Shown here piece after piece: positions 1 through 9,128 of a stretch of 64,000 nucleotides of DNA (within the stretch, counting starts at the first letter, position 1; each line of letters opens with the position of its first letter). The notes below the pieces were generated by a model. It was not told the origin of the DNA, made no database searches, and saw only the letters and a list, made by a program, of their open reading frames with translations. This DNA is from an uncultured archaeon (lineage in GTDB: Archaea; Thermoproteota; Nitrososphaeria; Nitrososphaerales; Gagatemarchaeaceae). The stretch is from contig CAWFOU010000001.1 of the NCBI GenBank assembly GCA_963817525.1, positions 1,088,001-1,152,000 of the forward strand, read 5' to 3'. The translations under genes and the position numbers were made by a program.

Positions 1-302
1 CCGGTCGCGTCGTCGAAGAAGAAGTTGGAGACGCCCGCCTCGACGGGGAACTTCTTCTCGAGGATCGTCTTGGCGTCCTGCTCTGGCTTCCTTATCGACT
101 TCTCGGTGCGGGTGACCACCCGCTTCTTCACCGTGTTCACTATCTCGGAGATGATGTAGTTGTTCTGGTGGAGGTACTTTGGGTTCTTGGTGTAGAGCGC
201 GATCCTAGGGCCCTCGTATTCTATCCTGGTTATCTGAGCCTCCGCTGGGATACTGTTTAGAATCGTCCCCATGAGGCTTACGTGATTTGCCTTTTGCGCC
301 AA
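1..302 (-). CDS. aCPSF1/FttA beta-CASP ribonuclease with KH domains (5' part, runs off window)
   Basis: Manual translation from TTG at 302: AQKANHVSLMGTILNSIPAEAQITRIEYEGPRIALYTKNPKY...VKKRVVTRTEKSIRK, the typical aCPSF1 N-terminus; follows psmB as in many archaea. Confidence 0.88.
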   Translation of the reverse strand, partial: MAQKANHVSLMGTILNSIPAEAQITRIEYEGPRIALYTKNPKYLHQNNYIISEIVNTVKKRVVTRTEKSIRKPEQDAKTILEKKFPVEAGVSNFFFDDAT

Positions 303-305
303 ACC

Positions 306-965
306 TTAACTGCGTCCCGCAAACTGAGCGAGGAGCTTCTCCTTCTCCTGCTCTGATACCTCTCTGAAGCCCGCCTTGTCTATTATGGCGATGTCGAAGT
401 GGTCGCCGGTGTAGACGTTGCGCCTCGTGGCCGCGATTATCGCGTTCGCCGCCAGCGTCACTCCCTTTGCGACGCCCATTCCCTCCTGGAACCCTTCCTC
501 AAGGACCCCGAAGGCGACTGGAGAGCCGCTCCCGGTGGCCGTCACCTTCTCAGGGATGGCCGAGCCGAAGAGGTCGACGTTGTAGATGGAGCCGCCCGCG
601 CTATCGTAGCCTCCCACCAGGACTATGGCGATGTACGGGTAGTAGCGCGAGCCGAAGAGGATGTTGGAGAGTATCCTGGCCGCGGACTTTACGGGCAGCG
701 GTATCCCCTTCTCGATCCTATACGAGTTCGCATAGTACTTCAGGCTGTCCACGACGTTCTGGGCGTCCGCCACCCCTCCCGATATCGTGACCGCGAGATG
801 GCGGTCGACCTGGAGGAGCTTCTTGCCCCTCTTGTGGGCGATGAAACCTCCGGCGGTGACCCTTGTGTCCGTCGCCAGGACCACTCCGTCGGAGCAGACG
901 ATGCCCGCGGTCGTGGTCCCGTGGTACTTTGCCTGTTCGGGAATCTTCTGGCTGGTAGTGTTCAA
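306..965 (-). CDS. psmB: Proteasome beta subunit (catalytic, with propeptide)
   Basis: HG/TTTAGIV processing site, DTRVTAG, GSGS motif. Confidence 0.95.
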   Translation of the reverse strand: MNTTSQKIPEQAKYHGTTTAGIVCSDGVVLATDTRVTAGGFIAHKRGKKLLQVDRHLAVTISGGVADAQNVVDSLKYYANSYRIEKGIPLPVKSAARILSNILFGSRYYPYIAIVLVGGYDSAGGSIYNVDLFGSAIPEKVTATGSGSPVAFGVLEEGFQEGMGVAKGVTLAANAIIAATRRNVYTGDHFDIAIIDKAGFREVSEQEKEKLLAQFAGRS

Positions 966-1059
966 GCTCTATCTTCTCTCTCTATCTGAATCGATGATTA
1001 ATTGTATATGCATCCGGAATGCCCCCGGGAGAGGACGAAAAATGGTTGAAGTGCCTCGC

Positions 1060-1785
1060 TTAATTAACCTTCCGACGGGCGAGGCCCTCCTCGAGAACGT
1101 ACGCGCGGATTGCACGTGTCCGGCCGGCGAGCTTCCAGCGCTCTCTTCTCTGCGTGATCCGACCGATCGCGTATAGCGAAGCAAGGAAGACGATCGACGG
1201 GATGGGGGCGATTGGAGGCCGCCCTTCTTCGTCGGCTGCTTCCGATGACGCGTGAGGGGGGTTTTTCGTGGGAACGGCCCCGTCGGGTTTCCAGACGAAG
1301 CGCATGGACATGAGATACGTGACCGGGTAGGCCACGATAGCCCCCACGACGTTCCCGATCACCGGGTTGACGGCCAACGCAGCCAAGAGGGAAAATTGGA
1401 CCCCCAGTATGGCTGCGTTTCCCAGTGCGTTCACGCCCTCGAACTTGAGCAATCGGATGGGAAGGCCGTGCGAGCCGTCTTCCTTGTGAGTCCTGTGATA
1501 CTGGACCGTGAAGCGCTCATTCAGGGAGAAGGAAAGGGCGACCCCCAAAGCGAGCGCCGCCACCTCGAACGCCAACAAGATCGGTGAAGAGGAGCCTTTG
1601 CTCGGGACGGACAGTCTGCCGTAGAGGAGGAAGACGCCGAGGGTAAGTATCCCTTCAGCGAGAAGGAACCCCGTACCCGCGGCGACCCCGAACTTGGCCA
1701 GCTTGAAGAAATGATATTTCTTGTCGAGGTCTATGACTTTCTGTTTGACGCCGGTCCCCGCCGGCGGGGGGCTTCGGCGGTCCAA
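1060..1785 (-). CDS. GtrA-family membrane protein
   Basis: KFGVAAGTG...FSLNERFT and KFEGV...YLMSMRFVW GtrA-like repeats; 4-5 TM helices. Confidence 0.7.
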   Translation of the reverse strand: MDRRSPPPAGTGVKQKVIDLDKKYHFFKLAKFGVAAGTGFLLAEGILTLGVFLLYGRLSVPSKGSSSPILLAFEVAALALGVALSFSLNERFTVQYHRTHKEDGSHGLPIRLLKFEGVNALGNAAILGVQFSLLAALAVNPVIGNVVGAIVAYPVTYLMSMRFVWKPDGAVPTKNPPHASSEAADEEGRPPIAPIPSIVFLASLYAIGRITQRRERWKLAGRTRAIRAYVLEEGLARRKVN

Positions 1786-1797
1786 TTAGGACCTCGG

Positions 1798-2073
1798 CTA
1801 TGCCTTGCTCTTTCGGCCTAGAAGCACGCCAGCAAGGATCCCTGCGCCGAGGGTGACGCCTACAGCTAGGAAGGGATGCTTTCTCACAGCCTGCCTGCTG
1901 TCGTCGACGGATTCGCTCACCCTGACGCGAACTTGATCGGCCCTCTTGCCGTATTCCTTCCTTAGGCCGTCCATAGCGTGAGTGACGTCATCGGTCCTGC
2001 TCTCATACTCCTTCCTGATGCTCTTTGCGATCTCGCTAGGCTCAGGCGTCTTGGTGTCTGCTCTCTTTGCCAT
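1798..2073 (-). CDS. DUF883/YqjD-ElaB-like tail-anchored protein
   Basis: Helical N-terminus then VRKHPFLAVGVTLGAGILAGVLLGRK signature. Confidence 0.75.
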   Translation of the reverse strand: MAKRADTKTPEPSEIAKSIRKEYESRTDDVTHAMDGLRKEYGKRADQVRVRVSESVDDSRQAVRKHPFLAVGVTLGAGILAGVLLGRKSKA

Positions 2074-2306
2074 TTTTGGTCATAGCCCAAATAGGGCGGG
2101 TGGCCTAATCGCTTTGCGCGCATGGACCTGGTGGATTCTTCGAGAGCAGAGTTCTGGCTCATGGCGCGTCTTCGGTTACCGTGAATGGGTCGGTGCAAGC
2201 GCCGATTTCGTCCGGGCTTGATCCCGAATCCTTGGCGCGCGACCTCACAGGTTGACGCAGCAAAGCTGGGAAGCTTTTATCCCCGGCCTTGCCGGGACGA
2301 AGCCGA

Positions 2307-3347
2307 ATGCCGCTGGGCTCCCACACGATGGAGTTCCCTCGGCGGATCCGCATAGGGGACGGGATCCTCGGGGAGCTCGGTCACTTCGTCGAGTTCCCCC
2401 CGGGCAAGAGGTCGGCGGTCATAGCATCCGGGGCGAACGTGAGGGAGAAGCTGAGGGGAGTGGTCACAAAGTCTCTGGGCGTCCCCGTGGAGTGGGTGGA
2501 GGTCGACGCCTCCGACATGCGTAACGTCGAGAGGGTGATGAAGGCCTCGTCCAAGGCGTACTGCATCATCGGGATAGGCGGCGGGAAGAGCGTGGACGTT
2601 GGGAAGCTGGCGGCCTACAGGAAGAACCTTCCCTTCTTCTCGGTCCCTACAAGCGCGTCGCACGACGGGATCTCTAGCCCGTTCGCCTCGATATCGGGGA
2701 CGGGTACCCACTACTCGGAGCGCGCGAAGCCTCCGGTGGGGATACTCGCCGACATCGGGGTCATAGCCGCCGCCCCCAAGAGGCTCGAGGCGGCGGGGTG
2801 CGGGGACCTCGTCTCGAAGCTCACGGCAGTGAAGGACTGGGAGCTGGCGAGCGAGGAGGCGGGGGAGTACTACGGGGGCTACGCGGCCAACCTCGCCCTC
2901 ATGAGCGCCCAGGTCTTCCTCGACGGCTCGAAGGAGATCGGGGCTTACGACAGAGAGTCGGCACGGGCCTTGGTGGAAGGCCTGATCAGCGCGGGGGTCG
3001 CGGCGGGGATAGCCGGGAGCAGCCGCCCCTGCAGCGGGTCAGAGCACCTCTTCAGCCACGCGCTCGACGCGATCTCCCCCGGGAAGGGTCTCCACGGGGA
3101 ACAATGCGGGATCGGGACGATAATGATGGCGTCCCTCCACGGGCTCGACTGGAAGAACGTGAGGAGGGCGCTCCTAGACGTAAAGGCGCCGACGACGGGG
3201 GCAGAGCTCGGGATCACCGACGAAGAGGTGGTCAGGGCATTGGTCGAGGCCCCATCCATTAGGCCTGACCGCTACACTATCCTCTCGAAGGTCAAGCTCA
3301 ACAGGAAGACCGCGACCGAGCTCGGCCGCAAGACGGGCGTGATTTAG
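2307..3347 (+). CDS. egsA: sn-glycerol-1-phosphate dehydrogenase
   Basis: GIGGGKSVDVGK, PTSASHDGISSP, SRPCSGSEHLFSH, LHGEQCG; TATA-like CTTTTAT at 2274 supports ATG 2307. Confidence 0.95.
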   Translation: MPLGSHTMEFPRRIRIGDGILGELGHFVEFPPGKRSAVIASGANVREKLRGVVTKSLGVPVEWVEVDASDMRNVERVMKASSKAYCIIGIGGGKSVDVGKLAAYRKNLPFFSVPTSASHDGISSPFASISGTGTHYSERAKPPVGILADIGVIAAAPKRLEAAGCGDLVSKLTAVKDWELASEEAGEYYGGYAANLALMSAQVFLDGSKEIGAYDRESARALVEGLISAGVAAGIAGSSRPCSGSEHLFSHALDAISPGKGLHGEQCGIGTIMMASLHGLDWKNVRRALLDVKAPTTGAELGITDEEVVRALVEAPSIRPDRYTILSKVKLNRKTATELGRKTGVI

Positions 3348-3351
3348 CGCA

Positions 3352-4137
3352 CTAGGCCGTCTGCTTCGCTTCTTCCTTGTTCTCGGCCGGAGCCTCTTCC
3401 TTGTTCTCGGCAGGGGCCTCTGGGGCAGCCTTTGCCTTGGCCTTGCCCGCCTCCTCCTTGCGCGGGTAGACCTCGGTGAAGGTGACCTTTTGCACCTCGG
3501 GTACGAAGTGCAGGACGTCGTTTGCTATGCCCCTCTTGATGAATTGCAGACCTTCGACCAGGAAGGCCTCGTCGGGTATGGTCACCGAGACGTCTCCGTC
3601 GCTCTGGGCGAACGCGAGCTTCTCGCCTTCCCCGGGGAAGCGCCTCTTGATGAGGGAGCGGATGGTGTCATCGCCTGCCTCGACCTTCCTTGTGACCTCG
3701 ATGTCGTAGACCAGCGTCTTGCCCGCGAGCTTGTGGTTAAAGTCCACCTGCGCCCTCCCGGAGCCTATGAACCGGACCACGGCGACCCGGTTGTCGATCT
3801 CCACCTCGTCCCCCACCCTCAGCTCGTCCGCCTTCTCCCCGAACTTGCGCAGGGGCACCATCCTCAGGAGGGTCGGGTCCCTTCCTCCCCATGCCCTGTC
3901 GGGTGGGAGCTCGGCGGTCTTCTTTTCGCCCACGTCCATCTTGGATATCTCCTCGTCGAGGCCCTTCAGCACCCAATCCTCCCCGACCGCCACGAGGCGG
4001 GGCTCGTACCTGCGGTCCGCGTCGTAGATGTTGAGCTTCTTGGCCTCCTCCTCCAGGGTCGACTCTATGGGGTCGCCAGTGTCCTTGACCTTGGCCGTGT
4101 AGTTCACGTATACGAGAGTGCCTTTAGCGAATGCCAT
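3352..4137 (-). CDS. Long-type archaeal FKBP peptidyl-prolyl isomerase
   Basis: VNYTAK, VLKGLDEEI, VDFNHKLAGKTL; acidic tail with duplicated EAPAENKE. Confidence 0.9.
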   Translation of the reverse strand: MAFAKGTLVYVNYTAKVKDTGDPIESTLEEEAKKLNIYDADRRYEPRLVAVGEDWVLKGLDEEISKMDVGEKKTAELPPDRAWGGRDPTLLRMVPLRKFGEKADELRVGDEVEIDNRVAVVRFIGSGRAQVDFNHKLAGKTLVYDIEVTRKVEAGDDTIRSLIKRRFPGEGEKLAFAQSDGDVSVTIPDEAFLVEGLQFIKRGIANDVLHFVPEVQKVTFTEVYPRKEEAGKAKAKAAPEAPAENKEEAPAENKEEAKQTA

Positions 4138-4369
4138 TTAGTATGAAGCACTATTGCCGTTCCGGGTCAGTTTAAATGCTTTAGGGGTTCGGCACTGAAT
4201 GGCTCAATTCTAACCCACGGATGTTTCCCAGCATCCCCCGGTGCGCGTAGACGCCAAGGATGGGCTTCTCGCTCCCGAGGATATAGAGAGATATTTTGTG
4301 CACCATCAGCAATAGCTTTGCGTGAGGCAAGCTATACATTCTCGCTGGAGCTGCATGTAACGACAGCTC

Positions 4370-4513
4370 GTGTCAAAGTCTCCCCGAAAACCCTCGACAT
4401 CGCCAAAGGGCAAGATGAAGCTCTCGATCTCGTTCGGACAGAGAGAAGAAGACGGCACGATGTTCATAGAGTACAGGGAGGAGAACGCGAAGGACATGGA
4501 GGAGGCGCGCTAG
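4370..4513 (+). CDS. Small hypothetical protein (47 aa)
   Basis: GTG-start ORF MSKSPRKPSTSPKGKMKLSISFGQREEDGTMFIEYREENAKDMEEAR; host-like codons; directly precedes next ATG. Confidence 0.4.
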   Translation: MSKSPRKPSTSPKGKMKLSISFGQREEDGTMFIEYREENAKDMEEAR

Positions 4514-4515
4514 CA

Positions 4516-4701
4516 ATGGGAGAACAAAGCGTCTCGCCGTTGCGGGGGAGGATAGAGTCAGACCCTGACGGAGTGAGGGCTCGTTTGACAATCTGTCAGC
4601 AGTGCAGGGAGAATGAGGTAGAGCCGGGCTCAGAATGCTGTACCGTGTGCCTCATCATGTTCGCGATGCTCAAGACCAGAGCATGTTGCGACCCATTCTA
4701 G
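4516..4701 (+). CDS. Small Cys-rich (putative Zn-binding) protein
   Basis: CQQC...CCTVC...CC; GGAGG upstream of ATG 4516. Confidence 0.45.
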   Translation: MGEQSVSPLRGRIESDPDGVRARLTICQQCRENEVEPGSECCTVCLIMFAMLKTRACCDPF

Positions 4702-4813
4702 GGCCTCCCGAGCACATTCCAGGGCACGAGTCTGTTGCCACGTTACCGCACCCCATGCCGACCCGTCCTGGCCTTCCCGTATGAATTCGGTGCCGAAGCC
4801 AAGTGCTTGGTGC

Positions 4814-5980
4814 TTACTTCCCTCGCACGGCCACGTCCGCGACCCGCTTGGGGTCCAGCGGGTAGCCGAGCTTCGAGAACGTCTTCGCCATGGCGTCGAC
4901 GGTCCTCTGGATGTCTGCCTCGGTGACGTTCCCCATCGACCCGAGCCTGAGGATCTTCCCCTTGAGCGGGCCTAGCCCTCCGGTTATCACCACGTCGTGC
5001 TCGTCGCTCATGATGTCACGGAACTTCTCGTCGTCGACGCCCTTCGGACACTTTACCGTTATCACGGTGTTTGACCTGCAGCTCCTGTCAGCGAAGCACT
5101 CGAGGCCCATCGATTCTATGGCGGAGTATAGCTGATTAGCGCACCTCACGTGCCTCGCCACCCTCTTCTCGAGCGTCTCCTCCATCAGGGCCGCCAGTGC
5201 CTCGTCAAGGGCGTAGTAGAGGGAGACGGCCGGAGTGAAGGGCGTGTAGCCGTGCTCCAGAAAGTCCAGGTGCTTCCCCAAGTCGAAGTACCTCACGGTC
5301 GGAGGCGTCTTCTTGAGGAACTCGGCCACCCGCTGGTTGAGCGAGATGATGACCAGCCCGGGAGGGGCTGCGACGCACTTTTGGGTCGCCGTGACGCACA
5401 TGTCGACCTCCCACGCGTCCACCGGGACCGAGTACCCTCCGATGCTTGAGACGCCGTCAACGACCATGAAGGCGCCCTTCTCGTGGGCCGCCTTCGCCAG
5501 CTCCTGGATGTAGGGGATGGCGCAACCCGTGCTTGTCTCGTTGTGGACGGTGTAGACCGCCTTCAGGTTGTCCGTCCTGCGGATCGCCTCCTTGACCTCT
5601 TCGAGACGTGGGACGTTTCCCGGCTCGGCGAAGACCTTGACCACGCGCGCCCCGGCGAGCTCGATCGCCTCGGCGAGGCGCTGCCCGAACTCCCCGTAGA
5701 CCGGGACGACCACGTTGTCCCCGGGACGGACGAGGGCGAAGGCGATGGCCTCGACCCCTCCGGTCCCTGACGCTGTGATCGTGACTATGTGCTCCTTCGT
5801 CTGGAAGAGATACCTGCCCTTCTCGGTGATGCTCTCGACGAGGGTCGTGAACTCTGGAGACCTGTGATTGATCATCGGCTTTAGCATGGCTGCCATCACC
5901 CTGTCCGAGACGTTCGTCGGACCAGGTATCATGAGGAGCTTCTTCTTCGGGAAGACCTTCGACATTGTTTGACCCCTCAC
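4814..5980 (-). CDS. Class V aminotransferase (serine-pyruvate/alanine-glyoxylate family)
   Basis: LMIPGPT, HNETSTG, VDGVSS, TQKC PLP lysine, LRLGSMG. Confidence 0.92.
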   Translation of the reverse strand: MRGQTMSKVFPKKKLLMIPGPTNVSDRVMAAMLKPMINHRSPEFTTLVESITEKGRYLFQTKEHIVTITASGTGGVEAIAFALVRPGDNVVVPVYGEFGQRLAEAIELAGARVVKVFAEPGNVPRLEEVKEAIRRTDNLKAVYTVHNETSTGCAIPYIQELAKAAHEKGAFMVVDGVSSIGGYSVPVDAWEVDMCVTATQKCVAAPPGLVIISLNQRVAEFLKKTPPTVRYFDLGKHLDFLEHGYTPFTPAVSLYYALDEALAALMEETLEKRVARHVRCANQLYSAIESMGLECFADRSCRSNTVITVKCPKGVDDEKFRDIMSDEHDVVITGGLGPLKGKILRLGSMGNVTEADIQRTVDAMAKTFSKLGYPLDPKRVADVAVRGK

Positions 5981-6507
5981 CCCTCCCCTTCAAGGTCTTT
6001 GTGAATCATGCTTCTAACCCTCTCCACGCCGCCGATGCTCTTCACCATCGACGCCACCGAGGCCGGGACCAGCTTCTCCCACTCCTTCATCTCCAATATA
6101 CGGTTGCGGACGTTCGTCGCAGAGAGGCTCGGCCTGTCGAGGTACCTCACCGCCTCGACGTCGACGCCCTCCTCCTTGAGGAGCCGAGTCGTCAGTCCGT
6201 CGTTGGTGAAGACGATGTCGAACGGGGGGACGGTCGCCTTCAGGATAGCTGGCCACAGCGCGTGAGAGTCGGTGTCGGCGATGGGGATGGCCATCCACTT
6301 GCCTGGCTTTACGTCTCCGGCGTCGAGCGCTGCCTTGATCATCGCGATCCTCTCGCCCGCGGTGAAGGGGTTGTCGCGCTCGTGGTCGCGCTGGGAGCTC
6401 CCGATCACGATGTAGAGGTAGTCGACCTTTTTCAGGGCGTAGCGTACGGCTTCTAGGTGTCCGTTGTGGAAAGGCTGGAATCTCCCCACAAGTACGCCGA
6501 CGGTCAA
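5977..6507 (-). CDS. nadM: Nicotinamide-nucleotide adenylyltransferase
   Basis: GRFQPFHNGH, NPFTAGER, SATNVR. Confidence 0.93.
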   Translation of the reverse strand: MTVGVLVGRFQPFHNGHLEAVRYALKKVDYLYIVIGSSQRDHERDNPFTAGERIAMIKAALDAGDVKPGKWMAIPIADTDSHALWPAILKATVPPFDIVFTNDGLTTRLLKEEGVDVEAVRYLDRPSLSATNVRNRILEMKEWEKLVPASVASMVKSIGGVERVRSMIHKDLEGEG

Positions 6508-6609
6508 CTGCTTCTATCCCTGCGGGTCTTCGGTGAGTATTTAAGCGGTTTTCGCCGCTCTCCAGAACTAACGACAAGAGCGCATAGCCCGCCGGCCTCC
6601 CTCGAGGGC

Positions 6610-7653
6610 GTGGTGGAGGTGGACGGCTCGTACGGCGAGGGCGGGGGACAGATCCTGAGGACGGCGGTCTCGTTCTCCATGGTGCTGGGGCTCCCGATAC
6701 GCGTCACCAAGATAAGGGCCGGGAGGAAGGTCCCGGGGCTCCGCCCGCAGCACGCCGCGACGATAAAGATCCTCGGGGAGATATGCTCGGCGGAGGTCGA
6801 AGGGGCGACCGTCGGCTCCACGGAGCTGAGCTTCTCCCCCGGGGAGGTCGTGTCCAGCCGCGGCTCCTTCGACCTTGGGACGGCGGCGAGCATCCCCCTC
6901 GTCCTGCAGGCTGTGATACCCGCGGTGTCCCTGATGGGGAGGTCCTACGAAATCGAGCTCGTGGGAGGGACCGACGTGCCGTGGAGCCCTACCTCTGACT
7001 ACATCGAAAGGGTGGTCGCCCCCGCGATGAAGGAGGTCGGGATAGGCTTCGCGTTCAAGGTGGAGAGGAGAGGATACTACCCCAACGGGGGAGGCAGGGC
7101 GACCGTCCACATCGACCCGTGCGAGCGAGTGGCGGCGCTGCAGCTAGCCTCCAGGAGGGGGGACGGTAGCAGCCCCTCCCTGGTCAGCCGGTGCGGGCAG
7201 CTCCCCGTGAGCGTGGCGGAGAGGCAGGCGAAGGCGGTGGTCTCCGCGCTCAGAGCCAGGGGGGTGGAGGTGGGCGCGAAGGACGTGAGGTTGGAGAACT
7301 CAGTGTCGCCGGGCAGCTCGGCGTTGGTCTCCCTCACGGGAAGAAACTGCTACATCGGGGGGGACTCGATCGGGGCCCGGGGAAAGCCGGCGGAGAACGT
7401 GGGCAGGGAGGCCGCAGACGGCTTCCTGACGGCCTTCCTCTCCGGCGCCCGGGCCGACGTCCACCTGGCGGACATGCTCGCCCCCGTGCTCTGCCTCTCG
7501 GACCTGCCCTCGGCCATCCTGATACCGTACGTCACCGAGCACCTCAGGACGAGCCTCCACGTTGCGGAGCAGTTCACGTCCGCGGAGAGCGGATTCGAGG
7601 ACCGTGGAGGCGCGGTCCTGCTCTCCATCGCCCCGCGGGAGCAAAATAGCTAA
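6610..7653 (+). CDS. rtcA: RNA 3'-terminal phosphate cyclase (start uncertain)
   Basis: DGSYGEGGGQILR, PGLRPQH, GGTDVPWSP, RGYYPNGGG, DVHLAD catalytic His. Confidence 0.93.
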   Translation: MVEVDGSYGEGGGQILRTAVSFSMVLGLPIRVTKIRAGRKVPGLRPQHAATIKILGEICSAEVEGATVGSTELSFSPGEVVSSRGSFDLGTAASIPLVLQAVIPAVSLMGRSYEIELVGGTDVPWSPTSDYIERVVAPAMKEVGIGFAFKVERRGYYPNGGGRATVHIDPCERVAALQLASRRGDGSSPSLVSRCGQLPVSVAERQAKAVVSALRARGVEVGAKDVRLENSVSPGSSALVSLTGRNCYIGGDSIGARGKPAENVGREAADGFLTAFLSGARADVHLADMLAPVLCLSDLPSAILIPYVTEHLRTSLHVAEQFTSAESGFEDRGGAVLLSIAPREQNS

Positions 7654-7694
7654 TAACACCGCGTCAACGGCGACCATCAGGTCGTAATCAGAGC

Positions 7695-8294
7695 ATGTCA
7701 TTTGACGCGTACATCCCAGGAGCGACGGCGGTAGGGATAACCTACAAGGACGGGGTCGTCCTAGGAGCGGAGAGAAGGATCACTCTGGGCAGCTTTGTGG
7801 TCAGCAAGAGCGGCAAGAAGACCTTCAGGGTCACCGAGACCGTCGGGGCGACCTGCGCGGGGATGGTCGCAGACATGCAGAACCTCGTGAAGGAGGTCGG
7901 CGTCTACGTCAAACTCAAGGAGCTCGAGGCCAAGAGACCGCTGGCCGCACCCTCTGTGGCGAAGCTCACGTCCGTCATCATGTTCGAGAGGAGGTTCTCA
8001 CCCCTGCTGACGCAGGTTATCCTGGGAGGAGTGACCCCCAAGCCGAAGATATGGGTCCTAGACCCCCTCGGGAGCCTGCTGACAGACGAGTACGCCTCCG
8101 TCGGCACGGGCGCCGAGATTGCGACTGGAGTAATAGAGGCTGGCTACAGCGCAGGCTTGTCAGAGAAGGACGCGAGGGAGCTCATAGTGACCTCGATAAA
8201 GGCCGCCATCGAGAGGGACTCTATGAGCGGGAACGGCATCGACCTCCTGACGCTGGACAAGCAGGGCTTCCGCGAGGAAGCGATATCGCTCTAG
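7695..8294 (+). CDS. psmB: Second proteasome beta subunit, Ala at Thr1 position (probably non-catalytic)
   Basis: PG/ATAVGITYKDGVVLGAERR, RDSMSGNG. Confidence 0.9.
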   Translation: MSFDAYIPGATAVGITYKDGVVLGAERRITLGSFVVSKSGKKTFRVTETVGATCAGMVADMQNLVKEVGVYVKLKELEAKRPLAAPSVAKLTSVIMFERRFSPLLTQVILGGVTPKPKIWVLDPLGSLLTDEYASVGTGAEIATGVIEAGYSAGLSEKDARELIVTSIKAAIERDSMSGNGIDLLTLDKQGFREEAISL

Positions 8295-8309
8295 GGCCGA
8301 AGTTTCGGC

Positions 8310-8456
8310 TTATTCTGGGACGCTCTCAGAGTGAAGCTTTCCGTCCTTCAGACTTACGAAAAGGAAACGGTTGTCCTCGAAGACGAGAGTCAGCTCGTTC
8401 TCCTTCTCCGTCACAGTGAGGAGCCTCTTCTCGACAATCCCGCTGAACTTGGCCAT
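8310..8456 (-). CDS. Small hypothetical protein (48 aa), absent from ORF track
   Basis: MAKFSGIVEKRLLTVTEKENELTLVFEDNRFLFVSLKDGKLHSESVPE; GGAGG about 9 nt upstream; protein-like beta pattern. Confidence 0.6.
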   Translation of the reverse strand: MAKFSGIVEKRLLTVTEKENELTLVFEDNRFLFVSLKDGKLHSESVPE

Positions 8457-8505
8457 CTGGCTTGGCCTCCCTGCCTAGTTTATTTCTGTCTTCCGCATGA
8501 GGCCG

Positions 8506-8691
8506 TCATTCGAAGGCGGAGAGCCGCGTGTTGTTCTTCTGGGCAGAGTACTCCTCCACGCTCTTCCCCGTCGCGCCCCTTATCAGCGACCTGATGACCT
8601 CGTCCATGCTATTGCTCCTGTTCCTCTCCTTCAGCGTCTTCAGGACCCTGTGAGTGTCGTCGTGGACCTTGACGCCTTTCGTCACAAGCAT
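8506..8691 (-). CDS. Ribbon-helix-helix/antitoxin-like small DNA-binding protein
   Basis: KGVKVHDDTHRVLKTLK...SMDEVIRSLI. Confidence 0.65.
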   Translation of the reverse strand: MLVTKGVKVHDDTHRVLKTLKERNRSNSMDEVIRSLIRGATGKSVEEYSAQKNNTRLSAFE

Positions 8692-8937
8692 TAGTCCGCT
8701 CCCGACAGGGCGTCGCTTGAAAAGTTTCCGCGACCGTGGAAGGGTGGATGACTCAGTGTCGTCGATAACTTCAGAGGACCTGCCTCCGGCGCTTTCCCCG
8801 AGGCGGTCTCAGGAAGACGTCCCTAGCCCTCCTGCACTTGGCAACGGAAACGAGTGGCGATGACGGTATGAGAATATCCAGCATGCAACATAGGCCGTTA
8901 GTTCATTTGTCCAAGGCCCTACCTACAGGGTTTTGGT

Positions 8938-9021
8938 GACTCAGCTTTGTCGCGAGTTCATCATCTTGCCCCGGAGCTATTCTGGGGCATCTGACTGGGA
9001 CGGCGACTCCTTCATCGTCGT
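8938..9021 (-). ncRNA. C/D-box guide sRNA, predicted target 23S rRNA Gm2251 (E. coli numbering)
   Basis: Minus strand: C box ACGAUGA, D' guide ...GCCGUCCCAGU, D' CAGA, hairpin, C' AUGAUGA, D guide ACUCGCGACAAAG, D CUGA; D' guide complementary to the P-loop, with the 5th nt opposite G2251. Confidence 0.75.
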
Positions 9022-9128
9022 GAAAATACTGGCCTGCGCTCCTTTTAGGCTTTTTGCCGGCGACGGTTTTTCCGAGGGTCCGGACCCGGCGAACGTTAAT
9101 ATCCCCGACGCGGACAAACCCAGCGCAG

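Noticed and set aside
3370-3420. 24-bp tandem repeat
   Set aside because: In-frame EAPAENKE duplication in the low-complexity FKBP tail.
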